Virus record (IMG/VR): IMGVR_UViG_3300025732_000031 | Length of the DNA: 20,000 nucleotides | Origin: an uncultured virus (IMG/VR IMGVR_UViG_3300025732_000031) | Taxonomy: Duplodnaviria > Heunggongvirae > Uroviricota > Caudoviricetes | Reading direction: 5' to 3' (one strand) | In this document: in pieces, positions 1 to 8,503 of the stretch | Layout: every line of letters begins with the position of its first letter | Numbering within the stretch: position 1 is the first letter of the stretch | Translations under genes and position numbers: made by a program | Notes under the pieces: model-generated | The model's database searches: none | What the model was told of the DNA's origin: nothing | Seen by the model: the letters and a program-made list of their open reading frames with translations, nothing else

Positions 1-237
1 CTCAGACTTAAGCCTTTCAGTTTCTGCTTTATTTAAATTTGTCATGTCTTTTGAAAACTGTTCGGATTCATTTTTCATTCTTAATTTTTGAAGATCTTCT
101 GCATCAATTTTATCAGGATCACCTGCCATCTTAGCGATCTTTTTTTGCTTAGGAGATAAGTGAGAAGTTTCATTGATTTGATTTACTATGTCAATCAAAG
201 ATTCTGGTAATCCGAAAGTGTTTTTTAATTTAGACAT
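1..237 (-). CDS. Hypothetical phage protein, 5' part (runs off the window)
   Basis: ATG at 237 with AAGGAAG upstream; reads MSKLKNTFGLPESLIDIVNQINETSHLSPKQKKIAKMAGDPDKIDAEDLQKLR... and stays open to base 1; sits directly after the stop of 249..890. Confidence 0.7.
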   Translation of the reverse strand, partial: MSKLKNTFGLPESLIDIVNQINETSHLSPKQKKIAKMAGDPDKIDAEDLQKLRMKNESEQFSKDMTNLNKAETERLKSE

Positions 238-248
238 AATGGCTTCCT

Positions 249-890
249 TTAATCTCCATCTATTATTTTTATTTTTCGTTGAGCTGCTAAGTTACGACGT
301 ATTAAAAAGTTTTTAGAATCCAAGTCCATGTCTTTTACAGGATCTGGATTTCTTTGAAACGGTGGGCTACTACTTGTTTTAGATTTAAGCGTTTCTGCTT
401 CATCATCAGAAGTAGCCATAGGAACATCAGGAACTTCTCCTGCATATTTTTTAATGTTGTTTAAATTTGTTTCAAGATATGAATGTTCTTTTTCAAGACC
501 CATCTTTTTGGCATGCATTTTTATTTCATCAACATAGTCTTGAGCTGATTTTACTGTTTGTTTAGAAGAGCTTTGTGAAGCTTGCGATTGCTTTTCCAAA
601 GCAAATAGTTTATCATGAAGTATAGCACTCTTTTCCGCAGAAACCGGATCAGTATCTTTAGGTAAGTTAGCATAGAGTAACTGAGCTTTTGGAGACATTT
701 CAAAATTCTTAGTAAAATAGGTACCAACAGCAAGCTGATCTCTTTCATGCTTTTCAATATCTTGTCTCTGCTCATGCACTTTCCTTATGGTATTACATAA
801 TCTTGAATATTGCCAATCAGTGCCATCTAACATAGGTATAGATGACATCTCTTTAATAATAGTTTCTAAAGTTTTGTACTTGTTGTCCAT
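249..890 (-). CDS. Hypothetical phage protein
   Basis: 213-aa ORF tightly packed between co-oriented genes; no motif recognised. Confidence 0.7.
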   Translation of the reverse strand: MDNKYKTLETIIKEMSSIPMLDGTDWQYSRLCNTIRKVHEQRQDIEKHERDQLAVGTYFTKNFEMSPKAQLLYANLPKDTDPVSAEKSAILHDKLFALEKQSQASQSSSKQTVKSAQDYVDEIKMHAKKMGLEKEHSYLETNLNNIKKYAGEVPDVPMATSDDEAETLKSKTSSSPPFQRNPDPVKDMDLDSKNFLIRRNLAAQRKIKIIDGD

Positions 891-1328
891 TTATAGCCCT
901 TTAAGAAAAGATCTTAACATCCAAGCATGCTTTTTGTGTTGATCTATTCTATCCTGGATAAAGTTAGATAAACCTATTTCTTTTTGATTTTCAGATAATT
1001 GAAAAGCTTCAGTTAATGTATTTATGTATGTGTTATTATCTGTTAGTAATTGGGATATCATTTCTTTTGAAGTAAGAATTCTTTCTTCTCCTTCAATTTT
1101 AGACAACTCAGAATATCTTTTTAATGAACCGGGAGCATAAGAATTTAATGCACGAATTTCTTCTGCAAATTTATCAATTGAACTATATACTTCTTCATAT
1201 AAATCGCCAAAGAATTCATGCAATTGATAGAAGTCTGATCCTTCAACATTCCAATGGTAGTATTGCGCTTTTAAGTAAAGCGCAAAGTTTTCTGCTAATA
1301 CTATTTTTAATGAATCTGTTAAAGACAT
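891..1328 (-). CDS. dps: Dps family ferritin-like DNA starvation/stationary-phase protection protein
   Basis: 145 aa; HWNVEG, LHEFFGDLY, D..AEEIRAL and KHAWML motifs typical of Dps ferroxidase centres. Confidence 0.93.
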   Translation of the reverse strand: MSLTDSLKIVLAENFALYLKAQYYHWNVEGSDFYQLHEFFGDLYEEVYSSIDKFAEEIRALNSYAPGSLKRYSELSKIEGEERILTSKEMISQLLTDNNTYINTLTEAFQLSENQKEIGLSNFIQDRIDQHKKHAWMLRSFLKGL

Positions 1329-1329
1329 A

Positions 1330-2340
1330 TTATGCTTCTACTTTTGCTCCGGCGCGCCATTGACGACAGCTCCAATACTTTGGACGAGTACGATCTTTTG
1401 CTTTGGGGTCAGTATCACAATTATGTCTTGCTCTGAAATTTTTTCTACGACCCGGATCATCTCTCTTTATCTCTAAACCAGGATCACCAAACTTAACGCT
1501 TACCGTGTTGCCTTTTGCGTTTTTAACGAATACTTCAAATTTTTTATTTGATCCTGCTGGTAATCGTTTTACTTTGCCTAACTTAACATTTTTCTTTTCT
1601 TCATTAACTTCTTCACCATACATTTTACGATACTTTAAAGTATGCTTGCTTAATTTAGTTTTTGCTGTTTCATCACCAGGAGCAGGCTTATAAGCTTTAG
1701 GGTCTCTATCTGAAAGCTTATCCATTTCTTTCCAATGAGCAACGCGAGCTTTTGCTGTAGAAGAACTTAATCCTTTATGATAAGCTTTATTTTCTAGTCT
1801 AGAGTCTTCTTCTACTTGTTCTTTTGGAATACAGTTTGGAACCATCTTCCCATTTTTCTTTTTCATACCAACTTGCTTATATGAATCCCAGCATGCTTCA
1901 TCTAAATCTTCTTCTCTCAAATCTTTATCTGCTCCGTGGTAAGTTCCTTTACCTTTTGTAATGTAAGAATTTACTCTTGCCATTCCCCACTGTTGAGGTG
2001 TTGTTCCTGGACGATGGCCGGAATTCCATGCAGCAACACCTCGCTTGTACACTTTTCTTAAAGTAGATAGAGATATACCTGATTTTTTAGCCTTGGCTGC
2101 TAAGCCACTATCAGCTGATTCTTCGATGAAGTCTTCATCTAATTCGCTTTGCATGTAGTTTGTAGCAGTTTCAATATAATCTTTTGCTAATGTGATTTTA
2201 GCCTGAACCCATTCCGGAAGATTAGTAGTAGGTTCTAACAATTTATCATGCATCATCTGTGCATTACGTATAATGCTTCGAAGCTGTGACATAGCCATAT
2301 CACCTTCGTAATCGTATTCTCTTTTATCTTTATCCGCCAT
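1330..2340 (-). CDS. Multi-module hypothetical protein of T4-like phages, probably an internal head protein
   Basis: Start reassigned to ATG 2340 (MADKDK). Basic modules (RPGTTPQQWGMARVNS; CWDSYKQVGMKKKNGKMVPNC; VKFGDPGLEIKRDDPGRRKNFRARHNC) are separated by acidic E-rich linkers. Confidence 0.7.
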   Translation of the reverse strand: MADKDKREYDYEGDMAMSQLRSIIRNAQMMHDKLLEPTTNLPEWVQAKITLAKDYIETATNYMQSELDEDFIEESADSGLAAKAKKSGISLSTLRKVYKRGVAAWNSGHRPGTTPQQWGMARVNSYITKGKGTYHGADKDLREEDLDEACWDSYKQVGMKKKNGKMVPNCIPKEQVEEDSRLENKAYHKGLSSSTAKARVAHWKEMDKLSDRDPKAYKPAPGDETAKTKLSKHTLKYRKMYGEEVNEEKKNVKLGKVKRLPAGSNKKFEVFVKNAKGNTVSVKFGDPGLEIKRDDPGRRKNFRARHNCDTDPKAKDRTRPKYWSCRQWRAGAKVEA

Positions 2341-2341
2341 A

Positions 2342-2485
2342 TTAAACCTTCTTCTTTTTGTTTGACCCACGAGGTTTACGTGGTTGCTTAGTTTTTTTCT
2401 GTTCTACTGTAACTGAATCAGTTATCTGTGAATCTACTGATAGTTTTTTACTACCAAGAATCCAACCAAAAAATTTATTTAACAT
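2342..2485 (-). CDS. Small basic hypothetical protein (47 aa), not in ORF track
   Basis: MLNKFFGWILGSKKLSVDSQITDSVTVEQKKTKQPRKPRGSNKKKKV*; fills the gap between flanking genes and its stop abuts the ATG at 2340. Confidence 0.6.
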   Translation of the reverse strand: MLNKFFGWILGSKKLSVDSQITDSVTVEQKKTKQPRKPRGSNKKKKV

Positions 2486-2499
2486 ATGGGCTTACTCTT

Positions 2500-3549
2500 T
2501 TAATCAGATAGGAATTGCTGATCAGATAGTTTAGATTTAGAAAAGTTTTCATGATTGAACCTATTTATTTGTTTTTTCTTTTTATTTTCTAATTCTTGTA
2601 TAGCTTCTTCTACGCTTGGATGATGAGCAAATCCAGCTTTTATCTTAAGCCCAATATCCCCTGCCGTCATAAATGAACCATATCCACTTGGTTTAGTTAT
2701 ATTAAAACTATCATATGATTCTTGTAAAGAAACTTCTTCTTTTTTCACTTTATTCTCATCGCTTTTAAATTCTATTTTTTTATTATGCTTAGCACCATAT
2801 TGAGATCTTTCATTTCTTGGTTTAAGACCAGGAGACTTTTCTGCTGGCTGAAGAGATGCAGCCCATTGCTTTGTAAAATTTTGTTTTCGTGTTTCTCCTG
2901 AAATCAATGATCTTAAACGGGATATCCATGAAGAAGAAAATCTTCCTTCTGATATTTGATTCTCACGAATAATTCTTTTTATTAAACTATTATATGATTC
3001 TGCAATACCCATTCCGGATCTAACTCTCGACATCATTTCATGACTATGTTGTTTAAGATTTTCAGGCAGTCCGCTTGAAAATTCTTCATGGCTTTTATTT
3101 TTAGCGTGCTCTCTCATCTTAGAAGCACTCATCCCCTCAACACCTTCTGAATCTGGGTCTCTATCTCCAGCCGAAACAACACTTATAGACTTAAATGTAT
3201 AGTGATCTGGATGACCATTGTATTTGTTAAGTAAGGCTTTGTATTCTTCTACTCGATCACTGCCGGCAACCATTGTCACGTGATCAGTTTTGCCATGAAG
3301 TCCTTTTAAAACTTCTAAAGGATTCTTAGCTGAAGAGTCTTTAACAACATCGCCAAAAGCTTTTTGAGCGTAACCTAACTTATCTTTGTAAGAAAGAGGA
3401 TTCTTCTTAGGATCTTGTGACTTTGAAAGATGGACTTCAGCCGTACCACCTACCTTTTTAGCATGCTCTTGGACAGCATTAACTAAAGCTTGATGACCTA
3501 CTGTAGGAGGATTCATCCTACCGAATGCTACGACTGTATGTTTTTCCAT
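2500..3549 (-). CDS. Cytidyltransferase-like (HxGH/Rossmann) nucleotidyltransferase with C-terminal extension
   Basis: FGRMNPPTVGH (T/HxGH), KNPL, VAGSDRV and GMSASKMR (KMSKS-like) motifs, as in the cytidyltransferases of T4-like phages. Confidence 0.85.
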   Translation of the reverse strand: MEKHTVVAFGRMNPPTVGHQALVNAVQEHAKKVGGTAEVHLSKSQDPKKNPLSYKDKLGYAQKAFGDVVKDSSAKNPLEVLKGLHGKTDHVTMVAGSDRVEEYKALLNKYNGHPDHYTFKSISVVSAGDRDPDSEGVEGMSASKMREHAKNKSHEEFSSGLPENLKQHSHEMMSRVRSGMGIAESYNSLIKRIIRENQISEGRFSSSWISRLRSLISGETRKQNFTKQWAASLQPAEKSPGLKPRNERSQYGAKHNKKIEFKSDENKVKKEEVSLQESYDSFNITKPSGYGSFMTAGDIGLKIKAGFAHHPSVEEAIQELENKKKKQINRFNHENFSKSKLSDQQFLSD

Positions 3550-3571
3550 AAACTGTAACCGATTTTATGAG

Positions 3572-3579
3572 TATTTATA
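3572..3579 (-). promoter_or_regulatory. T4-type late promoter TATAAATA
   Basis: Exact gp55 consensus TATAAATA, intergenic, ~22 nt upstream of the ATG at 3549. Confidence 0.7.
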
Positions 3580-3600
3580 CTTTATATAGTTTCTTCTATT

Positions 3601-4911
3601 TTAACTAGTAATTTCTTCCCAATCAATACTACCAAGAACGTCGTCTCCGTTTGACGCTGGGGTTGCAGCAAGTGTAAATATCGTTGGCGTTGCTGTGAGT
3701 CCATTTCTCTCTAATTGAAATCTGAAGAGAGCTTCTTTAAGAATATCGATTGACGTTGATGCTTGGTTTGTGACGCTAAGATAACCCGTAGCCACTTGTC
3801 TTCCACCACTCATTGCTGTTGCTGATAAATCATATTCTACTGAAGAATCATCTCCTGCTGACACCCAGCTTGGGCTTGTTAGGGTTGTTCCCGTATGTAC
3901 ACTCCATCGTATTGTTGTTGGAGAGTTAGATTTACCTAGAATCGAAAGTGCGGTGACAATTACTGCTGCATCAAGCCTATTAGATTTTAATTGAATAGAA
4001 ACAACTGGGTATGTTGTTCCGGCTGTAGCAAGATCTTTTGCAGAAGTTATAGGAACTCCTACAGCACGCTGTGTACCAAATAATTGATAACCACCTTCAG
4101 ATATGACGGTAGAGCATATTTGCTTGAGTGTGCTAGAGCCTGACACCACACCTGTATTTTTTATTTCATATCTCAAAGGAAGAGTCGCTGTTGTCATGTA
4201 GGGAAGCGTATTTCGATTATCATTATGAAATATATGTGCTGTGCAAAATCTACCATCAATAACAAACCCAGCTCTAATATCACCTACGCCCAACCATTCA
4301 ACATCGATCCAAAAGATATTTGATTTGCTTACGTCAAGCCCAGTAGAATGCTCTGGTTGTGTGCCTTGTGCAGAATATCCCGTACCATCAAACTTATCAA
4401 TATTCCAATTCGCTTGTGCTACTCGCGTTTCAGCTACGGCAGAGGATGTGAATGTGCGTAAAACGAGATAGTTTGTTGTGCCATCATTTTCGAGATAGAT
4501 TCCATTTTGTGAATTAAAATATCCAACTCTCTGTCTCACGTTTGCAGTAGGTGTCTGCATCACAAAAGTATTCATAATGAGTAAAGACTTACCTGGTTGA
4601 TAAACAAACACTCTTTTTGTTTCGCGAATCACCTCAGCACCATCGGTGTTGTCAACATTCATTGCAATCGTGCTTTGATTTGGAATGAATGTTGCATTTG
4701 CTGTCCCCGTGTTTGACGTAGCCCACAGCCCATTGTCTTGATAACGATGAGAGCTATCAAATAGTGTTAATGGAGGAGATATTCTGAGTCGCCCAAATGC
4801 GTCTGTTAGTGTGCCAGAAGGAGTAAGTCGATCATTCAACATGAAGACTTCATGACGAGTTACATCATGACTAGTCGCGTATTTTTTGATATCCGTTCTA
4901 AATTGAGCCAT
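3601..4911 (-). CDS. Putative virion structural protein (beta-rich)
   Basis: 436 aa, T/S/G-rich; DAFGRLRISPPLTLFDS and YQPGKS motifs recur in phage virion proteins; function inferred. Confidence 0.6.
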   Translation of the reverse strand: MAQFRTDIKKYATSHDVTRHEVFMLNDRLTPSGTLTDAFGRLRISPPLTLFDSSHRYQDNGLWATSNTGTANATFIPNQSTIAMNVDNTDGAEVIRETKRVFVYQPGKSLLIMNTFVMQTPTANVRQRVGYFNSQNGIYLENDGTTNYLVLRTFTSSAVAETRVAQANWNIDKFDGTGYSAQGTQPEHSTGLDVSKSNIFWIDVEWLGVGDIRAGFVIDGRFCTAHIFHNDNRNTLPYMTTATLPLRYEIKNTGVVSGSSTLKQICSTVISEGGYQLFGTQRAVGVPITSAKDLATAGTTYPVVSIQLKSNRLDAAVIVTALSILGKSNSPTTIRWSVHTGTTLTSPSWVSAGDDSSVEYDLSATAMSGGRQVATGYLSVTNQASTSIDILKEALFRFQLERNGLTATPTIFTLAATPASNGDDVLGSIDWEEITS

Positions 4912-4914
4912 ATT

Positions 4915-6084
4915 CTATTCCTTGCTTCTTAAAAAATTCATTCTATTGAATTCATAACGATCAGTCAATTTAGTTGGCCGATTGTTTATAACTGACACAA
5001 ATCCTTCTGGCTTAGTAAGTTGTCCGGCTATGCGATGTTCATAATCAGAACCACGGGACATGGAGCTTACTAACACATTTTTAGCTTGTTGTAGGTGATG
5101 ATGCAAATTTAATACATTTTGAAAATGAGGAGTATTAGCGTCAATGTGAGTAACAGCAGCATCGCCCGCTTCATGCTTAGCTTGCTTAGCTTTATCACTT
5201 TTAACTTTGCTAGCAGCAACGGATGCACGTTCTCTTGTGAAAGCTTTATATCCTTCAACATCAGGCTTAGTATTATTTCTTACTGTGCTATTGATGTATG
5301 TTTTAATCATGTCTTTATGACCATGATCATTTAAAACATCATAATGTTCTGGCTTGATTTGTCTCGAAAGAGTGGTCGCTGCTTGAATATGTTGTCTGAA
5401 TTGGCTGTGATCTTCATCTGAATATTGAGCATTTTCTGGTCTGTATTGAGTAGATATTACATGTACATCAGGGTGTGATCCAAACCCAGATATATCAGCT
5501 CCGTATTCTGCTCTGAGTGAACCAAAATCATTTCCGTGATACGCAGTATGTACAGCTACTCCTATCTTAGATTTCTTAATTTTTGAAGATGTTTCAGAAT
5601 TACTTGGTGAAGAGTAAGATATCGTGTTTGGTCTAAAAGATGTTGACATCCCGTCATCTTTAACGTCTTCTGGTGTATGCATTATATCTGCTTGATAAAC
5701 ACCAGTCTTTGGAGTAACTTTAGGTAAATGTTGAAGAGCTGCTGTTAATTTGGAAACTAATCCAGGTGCATGGCCATGATTACGTTGAATATCTTCTTCT
5801 GTATAATTGATCTTAGGTTCTTTGTTAAATGCTGATTTGGAAGCTACAAAGAATTGACCTGTTTCTGGGTGTCGGCCGAACACGATAGAAGGCGATCCAT
5901 CAAACTTAGTCATAACCCGCGCAGTACTTGGTTTGCCGCGTAATGCGTTTGCGGTTTGCTGCAAAGTGTTTATTGCATGCTGAGTTCCTTCATGACCAGC
6001 ATTGATAGGATGATCTTCTGCATGTTCAAGATGAGTTAATTTTTCTTCATTTGAAGATTCAGTCAATTCAATGAAAGATTTCAC
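4915..6084 (-). CDS. Conserved T4-like phage protein (DUF6267-like) with ligase-type nucleotidyltransferase motifs
   Basis: HLEHAED; KFDGSP (motif I KxDG); PEGFV (motif IV); TKL (motif V); capsid-targeting-like N-terminus MKSFIELTE. Confidence 0.65.
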   Translation of the reverse strand: MKSFIELTESSNEEKLTHLEHAEDHPINAGHEGTQHAINTLQQTANALRGKPSTARVMTKFDGSPSIVFGRHPETGQFFVASKSAFNKEPKINYTEEDIQRNHGHAPGLVSKLTAALQHLPKVTPKTGVYQADIMHTPEDVKDDGMSTSFRPNTISYSSPSNSETSSKIKKSKIGVAVHTAYHGNDFGSLRAEYGADISGFGSHPDVHVISTQYRPENAQYSDEDHSQFRQHIQAATTLSRQIKPEHYDVLNDHGHKDMIKTYINSTVRNNTKPDVEGYKAFTRERASVAASKVKSDKAKQAKHEAGDAAVTHIDANTPHFQNVLNLHHHLQQAKNVLVSSMSRGSDYEHRIAGQLTKPEGFVSVINNRPTKLTDRYEFNRMNFLRSKE

Positions 6085-6995
6085 AATGATGATTCTCCAG
6101 ATCCTTTAATACTAGAAAGACCACTAGATTCAAATTTTAATCTGTGTTTAGCTAAAGTTTTTCCAGTATCTTTATGTTTAAATAAAACTGATGTTCCAGA
6201 TTTTACAACATCTATTTTTCCTGGTTCAATTTGTCCAGCATAATGAGATGATGGGTTTATTATTTTACTTCTATAATTTCCACCGGTTCCTGTTGTAGTC
6301 GCTCTAATATGATCAGAATGATAATCTGATCCGCCATGCAAAAGCTTCATTACATGCTGATGTAATTCTGGTTCAGACATTTTAGAATAATCAGAGTGTA
6401 ATTGATTGACAGATTTTTCTAATGTTTGCTTTCTTAAAGCATCTACTGTTTTTCCAACTTCTGGATTAGATCTAGCTTCTTGTTTAATTTGCGCAGTAGT
6501 CATTCCTTTTGTGTGTGGGTGTTGCTGTGCTAAAGATTGTCTTGCATCATCTAAATGAGTCTTAATTTCTGAACTAACACCAGGATTGGAGATAGGTTTA
6601 GTACCATGTGTATCTCCTACTTTTAAGCTAACACCTATTTTTTTACCAGTTTTTGTATGAACATAAACATCAGAAGGATCTCCGTGTCCTTCTTCTTTTT
6701 CGCTTGCTTGCGCTGACCAAGAAGAATGAGAAACTTCGTGCCCCTGCGATTCTATATGTTGCTTAATATTTTTAGCTGCTTCTTGTGCGCGGGCTAGATG
6801 ATGTTGGTAAAGTGGGCTAGAAGTTCCTCCCAATCTATTAGCATAGTCATCGTGAACTTGTTCTGCTCGAGGATTGACGTGTTTATTGCCATTTAATGAA
6901 TGTGCTACTAGTATTTCATGCAAAGTACCACTTTCATGATTACCAAGATCGCCTTCTAATTTTTCCCTTAAAAAAGAATTAAATTTTAATATCAT
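6081..6995 (-). CDS. Putative PD-(D/E)XK-like endonuclease-fold protein
   Basis: Pattern E(ILV)...PSDVYV...IGVSLK; ATGA overlap with the downstream gene. Confidence 0.5.
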   Translation of the reverse strand: MILKFNSFLREKLEGDLGNHESGTLHEILVAHSLNGNKHVNPRAEQVHDDYANRLGGTSSPLYQHHLARAQEAAKNIKQHIESQGHEVSHSSWSAQASEKEEGHGDPSDVYVHTKTGKKIGVSLKVGDTHGTKPISNPGVSSEIKTHLDDARQSLAQQHPHTKGMTTAQIKQEARSNPEVGKTVDALRKQTLEKSVNQLHSDYSKMSEPELHQHVMKLLHGGSDYHSDHIRATTTGTGGNYRSKIINPSSHYAGQIEPGKIDVVKSGTSVLFKHKDTGKTLAKHRLKFESSGLSSIKGSGESSL

Positions 6996-7017
6996 TTAAA
7001 TAAACCTATGTGTAAGC

Positions 7018-7443
7018 TTACATATATTTATATCCTTCTGAATACGTATGAACAACAGTCTTGATTCCATGAGAATGGATAGCTTTCTGGCAACCAGAAC
7101 ATGGTTTGCTTTCAGCCCAAATAGCTTTCTTTGTTTTGTTATCTCGATACTTAACCCTAGCTACATATAGAGTAGCTTTCTTAAGTTCTTCTTTTGTAAT
7201 GTACTTTAAAGCACGATTGATGGCGTCATTCTCAGCATGAAGATAAATCTGCTTATCGTTTGCTTGAAACTGAGCTTGAAAAGGGTGAGTCTTTCTTCGA
7301 TTAAATCCAATCGATATGATCTCATTTTTAATGACAACTGCAGCAGCAAGCTTAGCACGTATTCCTACGTGATCCGCTGCTTCGGCAGCTTTTGAAAGGA
7401 AGTCGAGAATTTTCTTATCTCGCTTACGCGAGTGAGTCTCCAT
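7018..7443 (-). CDS. Zn-dependent cytidine/deoxycytidylate deaminase family protein
   Basis: HAE and PCSGC motifs; start reassigned to ATG 7443 because the 7473 start lies inside the tmRNA terminal hairpin. Confidence 0.85.
   Translation of the reverse strand: METHSRKRDKKILDFLSKAAEAADHVGIRAKLAAAVVIKNEIISIGFNRRKTHPFQAQFQANDKQIYLHAENDAINRALKYITKEELKKATLYVARVKYRDNKTKKAIWAESKPCSGCQKAIHSHGIKTVVHTYSEGYKYM
7025..7032 (-). promoter_or_regulatory. T4-type late promoter TATAAATA
   Basis: Exact consensus inside the 3' end of the deaminase gene, ~30 nt upstream of ATG 6995. Confidence 0.55.
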
Positions 7444-7467
7444 GATATAGTGTCCAAATATTAAGAG

Positions 7468-7799
7468 TGCCACCTGATTGGGTGATAAGGACAGGTGGCG
7501 AAACCCCAGAGAGGTTATGCTGCTAGAGCATACTCCTGCTCATAAATGTCATCATTGGCATTTATAGTTTTTTGCTTCTTCGACCGGGAAATCCCAATCC
7601 TAACGGCTTTCGCATTGCCGATTCTCCGGTGTTCTTTCAATCCGCTGTCGAATCTATAACACCCCCACCTAAGTATACTGGAACACAGATTTCGTTTTTA
7701 GGCTTTAGAGTGCCATATTACGCCAGTATACTTAGGTGGAGGTGGCGGGATTCGCACCCGCGTCCAACAGACCTATTATAACACCATCAACAAATCTTG
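7468..7799 (-). ncRNA. ssrA: Circularly permuted two-piece tmRNA
   Basis: Acceptor piece ends GACGCGGG-TGCGAAT-CCCGC-CACCTCC-A at 7737. Intervening hairpin lies between 7667 and 7737. Coding piece starts GGGGGTG at 7666 (G3.U70 pair) followed by ATTCGAC. Tag frame 7559-7515 reads ANDDIYEQEYALAA*. Terminal hairpin 7469-7499. Outer ends approximate. Confidence 0.93.
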
Positions 7800-7808
7800 T
7801 ACATATAT

Positions 7809-8492
7809 TTATCTCAATATACCTGCTTTTTTAAGTTCATTTTCAATTGCTAAAGAAGAATTTGTTCTTATACCATCTCCATGATAATTTTCAAATGTTC
7901 TATGTTTTATAGAATATCTATATTCAGGTGGAATTCTAGTTAATATATTGTATAAATGAGCTTCTATAAATGCTGGCCCTTCTTCGGAAATTGGAAATAT
8001 TCCATTTAAAAGTTTTAAATCAAAACAAATACAGGTAGCGTTTGCCCACTTTTCTTCATACCCCCACCAGCACCAAGAACCAAAAGCAACTGCATAAGAA
8101 TTTTGATTTTGTATCAATTCTTCTAAAACTTTTCCGGTTGTAAAAAAACAATCTTCTCCTAACATTAAAACTTTTTCTTCTCTATGCTTTAATAGATTCC
8201 ATATTTCATTATAACCTTCAGAGAAAAATTTTGTAGTGTCAGGATTTCCTTCTCCGCTTGTTGCATTTACATCTGGATGATCATGAGGTTTGCCATTAGT
8301 ATTAGGATATTTTGTTTTTACTTTTTTTTCAGTAATAAAAGGCAAAAGAGGCTCTTGATCATCATATTCATTTGGACTATTTTCATAAAAAGTTATACAA
8401 AAAATTTCAGCATCTGGTATGAAATGCTTTATACTAATAGCTGATAAATTAACCATTTTATTTCTTTTAAAATTACGAAAAGCAAATAACAT
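7809..8492 (-). CDS. Hypothetical protein in sugar-modification cluster, possibly glycosyltransferase-like
   Basis: 227 aa downstream of gmd/ColD-like genes; VLMLGED resembles a degenerate DxD of GT-A folds (weak). Confidence 0.5.
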   Translation of the reverse strand: MLFAFRNFKRNKMVNLSAISIKHFIPDAEIFCITFYENSPNEYDDQEPLLPFITEKKVKTKYPNTNGKPHDHPDVNATSGEGNPDTTKFFSEGYNEIWNLLKHREEKVLMLGEDCFFTTGKVLEELIQNQNSYAVAFGSWCWWGYEEKWANATCICFDLKLLNGIFPISEEGPAFIEAHLYNILTRIPPEYRYSIKHRTFENYHGDGIRTNSSLAIENELKKAGILR

Positions 8493-8503
8493 TTTTAAAA
8501 TCC

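Noticed and set aside
551..5334. Short alternative-frame or antisense ORFs (551..775, 1124..1363, 1403..1693, 4241..4471, 5119..5334)
   Set aside because: They overlap better-supported genes entirely or almost entirely and have no recognisable motifs
7572..7781. 69-aa plus-strand ORF
   Set aside because: It is antisense to the tmRNA; no RBS or protein-like features
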